Assembly (NCBI GenBank): GCA_013239625.1
Contig: MU054391.1
Span: forward strand, 7,016,051-7,036,050
DNA from: Lama guanicoe
Lineage: Eukaryota
Length of the DNA: 20,000 nucleotides
Reading direction: 5' to 3'
The notes under the pieces are model-generated. The model did no database searches and was not told where the DNA came from. It saw only the letters and a program-made list of their open reading frames with translations. Made by a program: the position numbers and the translations under genes. The number at the start of each line of letters is the position of its first letter. The first letter of the stretch is position 1. This document shows positions 1 through 9,500 of this stretch, piece after piece.

Positions 1-494
1 TCACCACGCAGAAGCATAAAACAAGACCAGATTGGATCTCTGTTCTGTGTCAGTGGGCTCATGGCTGCTGGCGGAGATAGATTTGTGGCTCAGCTAAGGA
101 AATCCCGTTCTAATGAAGTGAGAGCCCTTGGAATGTGAGGGTTCAGTGGACTTGTTTTATGATGGTGCTCGCTGGTGCTGTGTGCTGGCATGGGGTCACA
201 CACACACAACCACAAACACATACACGCGTGCACATACAATCAGGTCCTTCTTAAATAAGTCAACACCGTATTTGGTATCACATTTTGGGGAATAGAGAAG
301 AGAGGGTGGAAGTAAACTAGGAGAGGTATCTTACCATTAATTAAGAAATAAGAGAGAGCAAACCTTTCTTTTTTCCTAAAAAAACCAAACAATGGGCAGG
401 GTGTAAATCTGGGTTTTAAACTGGATGTCAGGCAGGGCCAGGAATCCCATTGGGCCCTATTGGGTAGCTACGATGAAGGTCAACATTCAATTAC

Positions 495-587
495 TTTCTT
501 TTTTTTTTTAATAGAGGTACAAGGGATTGAACCCAGGACCTTTTGCATGCTAAGCACGTGCTCTGCCACTGAGCTGTACCCTCTCCC
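495..587 (-). mobile_element. tRNA-Ala-derived SINE (camelid Vic-1-like)
   Basis: The reverse complement reads gggagagggtacagctcagtggcagagcacgtgcttagcatgcaaaaggtcctgggttcaatcccttgtacctct followed by a poly(A) tail. It is homologous to the copies at 6809 and 18005. Confidence 0.85.
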
Positions 588-1077
588 TTCACCCCCCATT
601 ACATATTTTCTTTACATGGTTGTTGTATGTCTGTGGTAGGCCAAGGAACACAGAAAACAGAGCAAGGCAGGACTGGAGGACAACCCTACTTGGTGTAATA
701 TGACTGGTGAACAAGCAAGACTAGCCAGGAGCCTCAGGGAAGTTGGGGTGGGGGTCCGGCAGACCTGCGTCCAACAGCTGATGATCTCAGATTGAGACCA
801 TCTCTGCTCCTCACGTCACTGCACTTCCCACACCTCGGTTAAGCCGCCCTCCTCTTTGTAACTTCTGTGCTTCCCGAGCTCCTTTCCTTGTACCATCTGA
901 TCAAACCCCACTTGTGCTGTAAGACCCAACCCAGTGCCTCCTCCAGGAAGCCGCCTCAGATTCCCTTTAATCTGGGCCCCTTTGTAGCTTCTTTTTGCCT
1001 CCTTTATGACAAATAGCATACTCTTCCTTTAATAGTGATTCTTTATGTTGCTTCTTTTAAACCATAATATTCGTGAG

Positions 1078-1281
1078 CAGTGCTGCCCACATTGTGGTCC
1101 CTGGATGAGCAAGACCAGCGTCACCCAGGACCTTCTTAGAGGAGTGAATTCCTGGGGCCATCCCAGAGTCAGAGTCAGGCCCCCTTCCTGAATCAGAAGC
1201 TCTGTGGTGGGGCCCAGCAATCTGTGTTTTAGGAAAGCCTGTCAGGGGACCCTCATGCACCCTCAGGTTTGGGAAGCAATT
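1078..1281. mobile_element. MER5A-like hAT-Charlie DNA transposon fossil
   Basis: Contains ctgaatcagaagctctgtggtggggcccagcaatctgtgttttaggaaagcc, matching the recalled MER5A consensus, with degenerate cagtg... and ...tttgggaagca ends. Confidence 0.8.
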
Positions 1282-1434
1282 TCCTTGAGGTCGTAAACTA
1301 TGTCTCCATCACCAGATTTTCCTGCAGAGCCGAGCATGATGCCTGCACACAGCCCACAGCGGGCATCCAGTAAGTGTGTGTGTGGTGAATACATGGAGAT
1401 CTTCCGAGTACAGGATGCCACACGCACACCTGCA

Positions 1435-1595
1435 CATTTGATCATCTTTGCAACCCCATGGGGATTTGATATCGTCACCCCATTTTACAAATGTGGAGAC
1501 CGAGGCTTAGGGAAGTTAAGCTGCTTGCTTAGGGTAATATAATTAATAAATGATGCAGAAGTGATTTGGACCTGGCCTGGGCTCTCCAGCCTCTG
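1435..1595 (-). mobile_element. MIR SINE fragment
   Basis: Core ccccattttacaaatgtggagaccgaggcttagggaagttaag. Confidence 0.7.
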
Positions 1596-2140
1596 AGAGT
1601 TGCCATTAGAATTAATCTTGTAATGGTTGCTAAAGTTTTTGTCACATTCTGTCGGTATTTGGAGTCTCTAGTCTGTTCAGTGATGTATTTTTCTAACTCA
1701 GCTTGCCAGAGAGTCCTGGGAGGCTGGGAGGCAGACTCCAACAGCGGGAGCTGGGCAGGGCCGGGCCGGCACAGGCCTGGCAGAGAGCTGGAAGGTACTG
1801 CCCACATGGAGTTTCTAGGGTCAGAGCCAAAGGAGCAGCCCAGGTGATGGCTGTTCGGCTTTGGTGGTTCTGTCTGGGCCCTGGCTCGCTCAGCTATAAA
1901 GTAAGGGATTGGACTAAATGAACCAGCAAATGGTACAGCCCCGTCAGGTATCAGAGCAGGTGCACAAGTCAGCAAGGGCTGGGAGTTCTAAATTTCCCCG
2001 AGCAGGAGCACTTGAGTTACCCCAGGTGCAACTAGCCTGCATGCTTTTGTTCTCTTGAATTCAGAGACCCCCCCACATGTGGGGGCCACACGTTGTGCCT
2101 AAGGCCATTGCCAGGCAGACACTGTGTCTTCTCCCCCCAG

Positions 2141-2326
2141 GTCACGGCAACTTCCCATACCTCTGTGGGAACCTGAATGACGTGGTCGTGAGCCCTCTCC
2201 TGTACACGTGCTACCAGAACTCCCAGTCCATCTCCAGGGCATATGAACAACACGGGGCCTCCACCATCCAGCCCATCTCAGAGGAGATGCAGCTCCTGCT
2301 CACCGTCTACTATCTCGTCCAGCTGG
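2141..2326 (+). CDS. GREB1: GREB1 internal coding exon A (186 nt, phase 1/1)
   Basis: Acceptor tcttctccccccAG|gt at 2140/2141 and donor CTGG|GTGAGT at 2326/2327. Encodes (G)HGNFPYLCGNLNDVVVSPLLYTCYQNSQSISRAYEQHGASTIQPISEEMQLLLTVYYLVQL, recognised as GREB1. Confidence 0.95.
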
Positions 2327-2519
2327 GTGAGTCTCCTCCCATTTTGTGGGAACCATTGGCAGAATAATTGCACAAGCCTTGCTTGCTGACCATCACTCAG
2401 AGCCCTTGTGAAGCCGCCTCTGTTACCAGGTCCTGTGGTGGTCACCCCTCCACCACCCACCCCCGAGGGTCTGAAGGTCAGGATCTCCAGTGAGGATTCA
2501 ATAATGATTTCCCTGCCAT

Positions 2520-2878
2520 TCTAGGTGCAGAGGTAGAGCAGGAATAAAACACAGGCTCTGCCCTCAAGGAGACTGTGTTCTAGAGGGAGAGAGAAACAAT
2601 GGACAAGTGGAAAGTAAACTGAATGAAGATGGGGTGGATGTCTGTGGGGCTGATTCAGGAAAGGCCTCTGTGAGGAGGTGGCGTTTAAGTGGAGAGTGAT
2701 GAGAAGGAGCTGGCCTTGTGAGGAGCTGAGGGAGTCAGAAGAGGGGAAGAGAGGTGAGGGCCTCGGGGCGGGAGGGAACGAGGAGCCCCAGGTCAGTGGG
2801 AGCCAGAGCGTCTTCAGAGTGAGAGCATGAGGGCAAGGGTGCCGTCAGAGAGGGGACAGGGCCTCAGGCTAAGGTCGG
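2520..2878 (-). mobile_element. L2 LINE 3' fragment
   Basis: Motifs ctctgccctcaaggag...ttctagaggg and tcaggaaaggcctctgtgaggaggtggcgtttaag are typical of antisense L2. Confidence 0.6.
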
Positions 2879-2890
2879 GAGTTCATATTT

Positions 2891-2984
2891 TATTTTTTTT
2901 AATTGAAGTATAATTGATTTACAATATTGGGTTAGTTTCTGGTGTACAACAGAGTGATTCATTCATGTATACATATATACATAC

Positions 2985-3019
<35 letters not shown>

Positions 3020-3116
3020 CACACACATATTCCTTTTTATATTCTTTTTCCCTATTGGCTATTACAAGGTATTGAATATAGTTCCCTGTGCTATGCAGTA
3101 GGACCTTGTTGTTTAA
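2891..3116 (-). mobile_element. 5'-truncated L1 3' end (artiodactyl-type) with target-site duplication
   Basis: Reads ttttttaattgaagtataattgatttacaatatt...ttgaatatagttccctgtgctatgcagtaggaccttgttg. It is flanked by GAGTTCATATTT (2879-2890) and GAGTTCGTATTT (3117-3128). Confidence 0.82.
2967..3030. repeat. Compound (TA)n/(CA)n microsatellite inside the L1 fragment
   Basis: tatacatatatacatacacac...acaaacacac...acatat, about 20 CA units with one interruption. Confidence 0.95.
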
Positions 3117-3149
3117 GAGTTCGTATTTGAGACCCACTGAGAAATAACT

Positions 3150-3553
3150 TGTATCAGTCAGCTCAGGCGGCCATAACAAGATATCTCAGACTGAGGGGCT
3201 TAAACAGCAGCGATGAATTCTGTCCTGATTCTAGAGGCTGGAAGTCTGAGATCCTGGTGGCAGGCTGGTTGGGTTCTGGGGGTCCTCTCTTCCTGGCTTG
3301 CAGATGGCCGCCTTTGCGCTGTGTCCTCCCGCGGCCTTTCCTTGGTGTGTGTGTGTGTGGTGGGGGACGGAGAGGGAGTTCCGGTGTCTCTTCCTCTTCT
3401 TAAAGGGCCACCGGTCCTACTGGATTAGGGCCCCACCCTTCTGACCTCCCTTAACCTTAGCTACTTCTTTAGAGGCCCGTTGCCAAATATAATCACGCTG
3501 GGGGCTAAGCCTTCAACATAGGAGATTGGGGGGAACACAATTCAGTCCATAGC
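3150..3553 (-). mobile_element. MLT1-type (ERVL-MaLR) solo LTR
   Basis: Starts tgtatcagtcagctcaggcggccataacaa, contains ttctagaggctggaagtctgagatc and ggattagggccccaccc, and ends cttcaacata...acacaattcagtccatagc. About 400 bp. Confidence 0.85.
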
Positions 3554-3554
3554 T

Positions 3555-4110
3555 CCCCTGGAGCCCTGTAGGCGGATGTGATCTGACTGTCATTTCTAGA
3601 AGACCACGTGCAGCAGATGGTGCAGGGGTGGTGCCGCCGTCCCAGTGAAGGCAGGTGGTGGCTTGGGCCACTGAGGGGCACAGGGGAACGATGCCAGATA
3701 TATTCTGAAGGTGAGCATGGTGGGCTGTCTGTCTGAGGGGGCCAGGGAAGGAGGGGACTTGCGTTTTGGCCTGAGCAGCCAGGTAAGCTGTGGAGCTGAA
3801 GGATGAGCGAAAAGCTCCATCTCAGCAATTTCAAGTGTGAGCTGCTGGTGGGATGGCCACAGGGGCTGAGTCAAGGATTTGGGTGGGCAGGTCTTGAGCC
3901 TCAGGGAGACGTTGCAGCTACAGATTTAGGATACGTGGGCTCAGGGATGATCTGTGTTAAAGTGGTGAGACTGGATGTGAGCCTGGGAGTGGTGATGGAT
4001 GGAGGAGGGCACCAAGGTTTGAGCCCTGGGACACGCAACATTCAGAGACCTGGAGGAGACAGAGGGAGCTGGGAGAGGGGGAAACCTCCAGGTCAAGAGT
4101 CTGGAAACAT
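3555..4110 (-). mobile_element. L2 LINE fragment (probable continuation of the 2520 element)
   Basis: Purine-rich degenerate L2-like sequence (gatgtgatctgact...; gactggatgtgagcctgggag...gagccctggggacacgcaacattcagag). Confidence 0.5.
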
Positions 4111-4159
4111 GTGTAAGTGTTCTCTTTCTCACTCTCACTCACAATCCACATACATACAC

Positions 4160-4805
4160 CGGTAGGCTGGTCCTCATCCTGAATCCAACCTTGCCCACCC
4201 TCTCCATCACTGCCTCCCTTGCCCAGGGCACCACTCTTCCCCACTATTCTCCATGTCTGTTAAACTGTGAATCCAATCATATATTTTCTCTGCTCAGAGC
4301 TCTCCAGTGGTTTCCCATCACGTGCTTAACCCGCACAATGTTCCAGGGCCCAAGTGACGGGCCCCACCTCCTGCTCCCCTCTGCTCCCTCTGCTCCAGCC
4401 CCACGGTCCCTCCCTAGCCCACCAATCTTGGTCCCATGCAGGCATCTTGAGCCTGCTGTTCCTTCCCTGAGAAATGATCTTGCCCCAGGACATTTGCATG
4501 ACTCACTTCCTCCTGTCATCCGAGTATCACTTCACATGTTACCCCATGTCACCTTCTCAGAGAGGCCTTATCATTATCGTGGGTAAGACAGCATTGCCCC
4601 CTCCCCAGACCCCTCTTCTCTTTTACCCGTTCACTCAGAGCACTACACTCCCGAAAATTATACTGTGTATCTGTTTAAGTCCACCTCCCCATTTAGGATG
4701 GAAGCTCTGTGAGATCAGGAATGTTCATCTCAGTCACTTGTGTGTGTCCAGTGGCAGAAAGCTGGCACTCAGCCAGGAGATGTTGAAGGAACAGATAAAT
4801 ATTGA
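4160..4805 (+). mobile_element. L2 LINE 3' fragment, sense orientation
   Basis: Contains ctctgctcagagctctccagtggtttcccat, atgtcaccttctcagagaggcctt and ggatggaagctctgtgagatcagg...ctggcac, all typical of the L2 3' end. Confidence 0.7.
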
Positions 4806-5124
4806 ATCAGAAGCTGGTGAAGCAAAGCATTTCAGGGAGAGGGACCAGTCAACTGAGGTAGTGGCCAAGAGTTGAGTGTAGACTGGTTATTGACCGTTGG
4901 CTTTGGGCACGTGGAAGCCATTGGCAACCCTGATGGTGATGTATGAGGAAGCTGGAGACAAGACCGTATTGGGTTATGTGGGTGAGAGAGCATGGAGGTG
5001 AGGAAACAAGAATGGTGGCAAGTGCAGACAGCTCTCCCAGAGCTTTGCTGGGTGGTGGTTCTGGAAGGGGATGTGGGCTCCAGGGAAAGATTTTAAAGAC
5101 AGGAGATAGAACAGCTTATCTAAT

Positions 5125-5278
5125 TGAATTTTGGCACAGCCCCATGAGTAGGCATTATGACCCCCATTTTTTCCTATCAGAAAACTGTATCTTAAGAGAA
5201 CCCAAGGCTCCACAGCTGGTGCTGGGTGGGGCTGGATGGAGCATGTCTCCTAAATCAAAGCACAGTGCTCCTTCCTCC
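5125..5278 (-). mobile_element. MIR SINE fragment
   Basis: cacagccccatgagtaggcattatgacccccatttt...gaaaactg...cccaaggctccacagctggt...aaagcacagtgctc. Confidence 0.6.
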
Positions 5279-5280
5279 AG

Positions 5281-5388
5281 CTCATCCAATTAAAAAATTT
5301 GGACATATAAACCAGAAAATAACTGTAGGAAACGAATGTGGAAAGTATCCAGTCTCCCTAGTTATCCAAGAGGTACAAAATTAATAAA
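5281..5388 (+). other. GREB1: Candidate alternative terminal exon (GREB1b-like), frameshifted relative to the human tail
   Basis: Acceptor gtgctccttcctccAG at 5279-5280. Spliced to exon A it reads AHPIKKFGH...QEVQN* (stop 5382-5384) with AATAAA at 5383-5388. Removing one A from the A6 run gives AHPIKNLDI*, similar to the recalled human GREB1b tail AHQIRNPDV*. Confidence 0.5.
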
Positions 5389-5965
5389 TCAAACAGGCAC
5401 TGTTTTTCTCTGTTAAATTAATGATAACCCAAACAGTGGCATCCGGTGGAGCTAAGGGTGCTGTGAAACGAGTGTTTATCACGTGTCATTAACGTCATGG
5501 TAAGTTGACACATTTAGACCACCTGGAAATTTGATGATACATGTTAGTCGGCCCTGTTTTGCACATTTAGGCTCAGAAAGTTAGGTCCTAGACATAAAGC
5601 TGTGTATTGCAGAAGTATTTATAAAGGTGCTCATGTGGAAGCAATCCAAGGGTCAACAGTAGATCAACATGGCTAAGCCAGTGATGGCAACTCCGTGTTG
5701 TGGGACGTCACGTGCCCATTAGGAGTGCTATCTGTGAAGACCATAAATGTCCCGGAAACAAGACGATGGTGTGTGATGATGAGGAAAGCAGACAAGCCCT
5801 GAAGTCCTACACTCACGATCACTACAGCTATTTATAACCTGCATGTGGGGGGAAAAAAGACAAATACACAAAAATAGTAGTGCTTCTGTTAGGTTGGTGA
5901 GATTAGGGCTGCTTTTGTAGCCACCGCTATATTTCCCAGCAGTCTGTAATGCAGTTTAACATTCT
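5283..5965 (+). mobile_element. Ancient L1M-type fragment (ORF2 end / 3' UTR)
   Basis: A-rich, with degenerate matches to L1 motifs (ccaattaaaaaa...; ggaagcaatccaagggtcaacagtag; tgtctgtaatg-like end). Confidence 0.55.
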
Positions 5966-5997
5966 TAGCTTAGATGGTGTTTTTTTAAAATTCGTTT

Positions 5998-6545
5998 ACA
6001 CGCATTTCCGCCGAATGGCCCCACCGTGTCTGTACGAAGCCGCCGCGTGGGGCGCGCGCTGAAGCCTCTTCCGCCCGCCTTGTCTTTGGCAGCGGCCGAC
6101 CAGGTGCCCCTGATGGAGGACCTGGAGCAGATCTTCCTGCGCTCCTGGCGCGAGTCGCACCTGACGGAGATCCGGCAGTACCAGCAGGCGCCGCCGCAGC
6201 CCTTCCCGCCGGCGCCCAGCGCCGTGGCCCCGGTCACCTCGGCGCAGCTGCCCTGGCTGGCCGGCCTGGCCGCCAGCTCCTGCAACGACAGCGTGCACAT
6301 CATTGAGTGCACCTACTCCCTGGCCGAGGGCCTGTCCGAGATGTTCCGGCTGCTCGTCGAGGGCAAGCTGGCCAAGACCAACTACGTGGTGATCATCTGC
6401 GCCTGCCGGAATGCCGCCATCGACTCCTGCATCGCTGTCACCGGTGAGGCTGGGCCCCGCCGCTTGGCTGGAGGAAAAGCAGCTGTGTCGATCCCCCGAA
6501 GCCCTCCTTGGCGGTTGCCCCTTTTCGTGGCCCAGGGCTCGCAGC
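5998..6545. other. Intragenic CpG-rich island over exon B
   Basis: Very high GC and CpG density (ccgccgcgtggggcgcgcg, gcgccgccg) that begins about 90 nt upstream of the acceptor. The flanks are CpG-poor. Confidence 0.7.
6093..6443 (+). CDS. GREB1: GREB1 internal coding exon B (351 nt, phase 1/1)
   Basis: Acceptor tgtctttggcAG|cg and donor ACCG|GTGAGG. Encodes (A)ADQVPLMEDLEQIFLRSWRESHL...AAIDSCIAVT, in frame with exon A. Confidence 0.96.
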
Positions 6546-6709
6546 AGGTTGGTTAGCAACTGCAATTAGCGCTCAGTAGCCCTTGGTGTGAGCCGCTGGT
6601 GCCCTGAGTAGTGTGCTGAGTGAAAATTCCATTCCTCCTCCCATGGAAGCTGAGCAATTCCCCCTTCTCTAGAGAGACTGGGGGCAAGTGTGGAGTCCAG
6701 ATATACGCG

Positions 6710-7000
6710 CGGAAACCTGGGTTCCCCGTGCACCTGGTGATCAGTGGCTTGATGACACTGGCCCTCAGTTTCTTCAACTATCTGATGGAGATAAAAAATA
6801 ATGACCTTGGGAGGAAGGTATAGCTCAAGTGGTAGAGCACATGCTTAGCATGCATGAGGCCCTGGGTTCAATCCCCAGTACCTCCTCTAAAAATAAATAA
6901 ATAAACCTGATTACTTCCCCCCAACCCTTGCAAAGCAAAAACAAAAGTAAATAGTCTTTAAAAAAAAAAAAAACCTTACGATGTTGTGTGAGTTCATGAG
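6710..7000 (+). mobile_element. MIR fragment interrupted by the SINE at 6809-6973
   Basis: ccctcagtttcttcaactatctgatggagataaaaaataat [SINE] acgatgttgtgtgagttcatgag follows the MIR core order. Confidence 0.6.
6809..6973 (+). mobile_element. tRNA-Ala-derived SINE (camelid Vic-1-like), long form
   Basis: A box TAGCTCAAGTGG (6821-6832), AGC anticodon-like loop cttagcat, B box GGTTCAATCC (6865-6874), then (AAAT)n, a spacer and an A-tail. The motif acctt flanks both ends. Confidence 0.88.
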
Positions 7001-7014
7001 CCAGTTAACTAATT

Positions 7015-8720
7015 AATTATACAAACACTTATTAAAGCCCTACTATGTGCAGCCACGGTTCTGGGGGCTAGGGATACAGGAGGGAAGTCCCTGCTTTTGT
7101 GGAGTGTGGGTTCTGGTGGAGATGCAGACAGTGCAGAATGTACCTGGTGGGAGGGTGAAGGGATGGAGGATTGCAGTTAATGGGGCTGCCTCCTCAGGGG
7201 GTCAGGAGGATCTCCCTCACAAGGTGACATTAGAGCAGGGACCTGAGAGAAATGAGGAAGCCAATTATGCTGACACTGGGAGCAGCTTCAGGGGTCTTCA
7301 AGACCATGAGGCACTGTCTTGGACGAGCTGGTAGAGGTGGGGAGATGTGGCCTGATTCTGGGTGTGTTTTGACGTTGGTGCCACCAGGGTTTGCTCATGG
7401 GTCCTGCGTGGAATGTGGGAGAAGCGAGGGCTCAAGGACCATGCTGATGGTTCTGGCCTGTATGGCTGGAATAACACAACTGCCATCTATTGAGATGGGA
7501 AGAACTGCAGGAAAAATGTGTGTTTTGTTTTTAAAAAAACTTTTCCATTGTTTATATGTGGTGGGAAGACGTGGCAGTGAAGGTGGCAGTGGAACCAAGT
7601 GTTCTTTCTGGCCAGCTAGGCTTCAGCCAGCCAGTGGCCATGGTAAGTAGGCAATTGGATATAAAACCTGCAGTTCGGGGCAGGTTGGGTCTAAAGATTA
7701 AGGGCATAGTCAGCATTTATGGGACTTGAAAGCCAAGAGATGGACGCTCTGACCGTCCAGTAAGTGGAGAGTGAAAGAAGAGGTCAGAGGACTAGTCCTG
7801 TGAAAGGAAGAGAATGGTGTTTAGGAAGTCAAGGGAAGGATGTGTCAAGAAGGAAGGATGTATCGAGAAGGAAGGATGTGTCGAGAAGGAAGGATGTGTC
7901 GAGAAGGAAGGATGTGTTGAGAAGGAAGAGGTGATGAATAGATCAGATGCTTCTTCTTCGGTCAAGTTAAGTTGAGGACTGAGAGTCGGTTCCTGAGATC
8001 TGTCAACGGGATGGTCCTTGATGACGCTGGCAGCGCAGTCTCTGTGGGGTGGTGGTTGATGAAGGACAAAGGCACCACTGAGTTGGGCTCTAGAGAGAGT
8101 GGGTGAAGTAACAAATACAGACAATTATTTTCAGAAGTTTTGCCTTAAGAAGAATAGAGAAATGAGACAATAACTGGAGAGGGAATGGGATCAGGGTTTT
8201 GTTGGTTTACAGTGGGAAATGCAAGAGTATGTTGGACACTGGGAATGTACACTGAGGGGAGAAGTGGATGGTGCAGGCGAGAGGAGGCAGTGGTTAGAAG
8301 GCAGAGTCCATGAGGCAGGGAGGGGATGGGCTACAGCGCACAGGTGGGCATGGTGGCCCCAGATAGGCACGTGGTGGTTCTGAATGTGCGGAGGATGAGT
8401 CAGCACAGTGGGGTTTCTCCAGCCATGTCTGGCAGCTTGGGGACGGGCGCGGAACAGAAGGGGGGTTTGGCCAGTGAGAGTTGGGGCAAGGCTGTTGGGA
8501 CGGATGCCCAAGGAGTGATTATTGATGAACTGGGAATCCCAGTCCAAGAAGGGGCAGGAGGATAGGAAGGGAGTGAAGGCAGGGAAATGTCCAGGAGCCT
8601 CCATGGACTTGAGAAGACTGGGGGGAATTCCTAGAAGCAGGCAGGTGTCAGAGATGGTTGGAGAGTTGGGGGCTGGAAGTGGAGGTTATAAAAGCAGCAT
8701 GGTTATCAATGACCAGGCCG
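7015..8720 (-). mobile_element. Long degenerate L2 LINE remnant
   Basis: Begins caaacacttattaaagccctactatgtgcagccacggttctgggggctagggatacag (antisense L2 terminus), followed by more than 1.5 kb of purine-rich L2-like sequence. The distal boundary is uncertain. Confidence 0.65.
7834..7928. repeat. 18-bp minisatellite, about 5.3 copies (GGAAGGATGTGTCGAGAA)
   Basis: Units start at 7834, 7852, 7870, 7888 and 7906, plus a partial unit. Each differs from the consensus by at most 1 nt. Confidence 0.95.
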
Positions 8721-9324
8721 TCCAGGCCATGCCCGGGGTGGCAGGTGGGTGACATGGAGAAGAGGACAGCTCCTTGGAAGAGATAAGATGTACCGAGCAC
8801 CTTTTATGTGCTGGATCGTCCTCCGTGAGCACGTTACCCTGCATAATGACCCATGAATTCATTCTCACAGAGCAGTGCAAAGGCCTAATTCCAACTTCAT
8901 CTTGTTAGAGAAAAAGAACACAAGAAAATTCTTAAGTCTGGCACTTTCTTAATTAAAGAGTCATGGATACAAACAGATTTCTCAACTTAGATAAGTCTCT
9001 TAGTGAAGATTTTGAAATGTCATTCTTAACACGTTTGCATAATACTCGTGGATCTTCATGGGTCAGCTTGTAAATTTCAGGTGATTTTTGGCTGATCAGT
9101 ACACTCACTTCTTTGGCCTCTTATTTTAAAAAAAATACCACAGCTATTACACATTTTAAATCTGAGATATTTGTATCTTTTAAAATTTATTTTAAAAACT
9201 CACGTTGTTCCTCTGCAGGGTCCCAGTTATTGTCCAGCCTTCTTTTATCCTAAATGCCTTCTGCATTTTTCATAAATTCTTTACATTAATTTGAGTAGTA
9301 TGTTCGATAGTAAACCTGGAGCCC

Positions 9325-9500
9325 CTGCTGTGTCGGGCATTGGGCTGAACGTTTTATAAACACTGTCCTGTTTTATCATCACAACAGTGCTGTGAAGTAG
9401 ACAGTACCGTTGGCCACGTGTTCTGGATAAGGAAGCTGGGCTGTCCTAGGTTACACAGCTGGTTAAGTGGGGAGAGAGTCAGGTTCCAATGCCAGTACGG
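9325..9500 (-). mobile_element. MIR SINE
   Basis: tgtgtcgggcattgggctgaac...tcatcacaacagtgctgtgaagtag...ggataaggaagctgggct...ggttacacagctggttaagtgg. Confidence 0.65.

Noticed and set aside
5996..6565. 189-aa minus-strand ORF (and 18595-18951 -, 5965-6312 -)
   Set aside because: These are antisense shadows of GC3-rich GREB1 exons. High GC suppresses stop codons and there is no independent coding signal.
6809..6885. tRNA-Ala(AGC) gene
   Set aside because: It has A/B boxes and an AGC loop, but is followed by (AAAT)n and an A-tail and occurs as three diverged dispersed copies. It is a SINE, not a tRNA gene.
7834..7928. CRISPR-like array, or the repetitive STHPSF peptide ORF (7792-8124 -)
   Set aside because: The repeats are head-to-tail with no unique spacers, and the context is a eukaryotic intron. 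The ORF periodicity only reflects the 18-bp unit.
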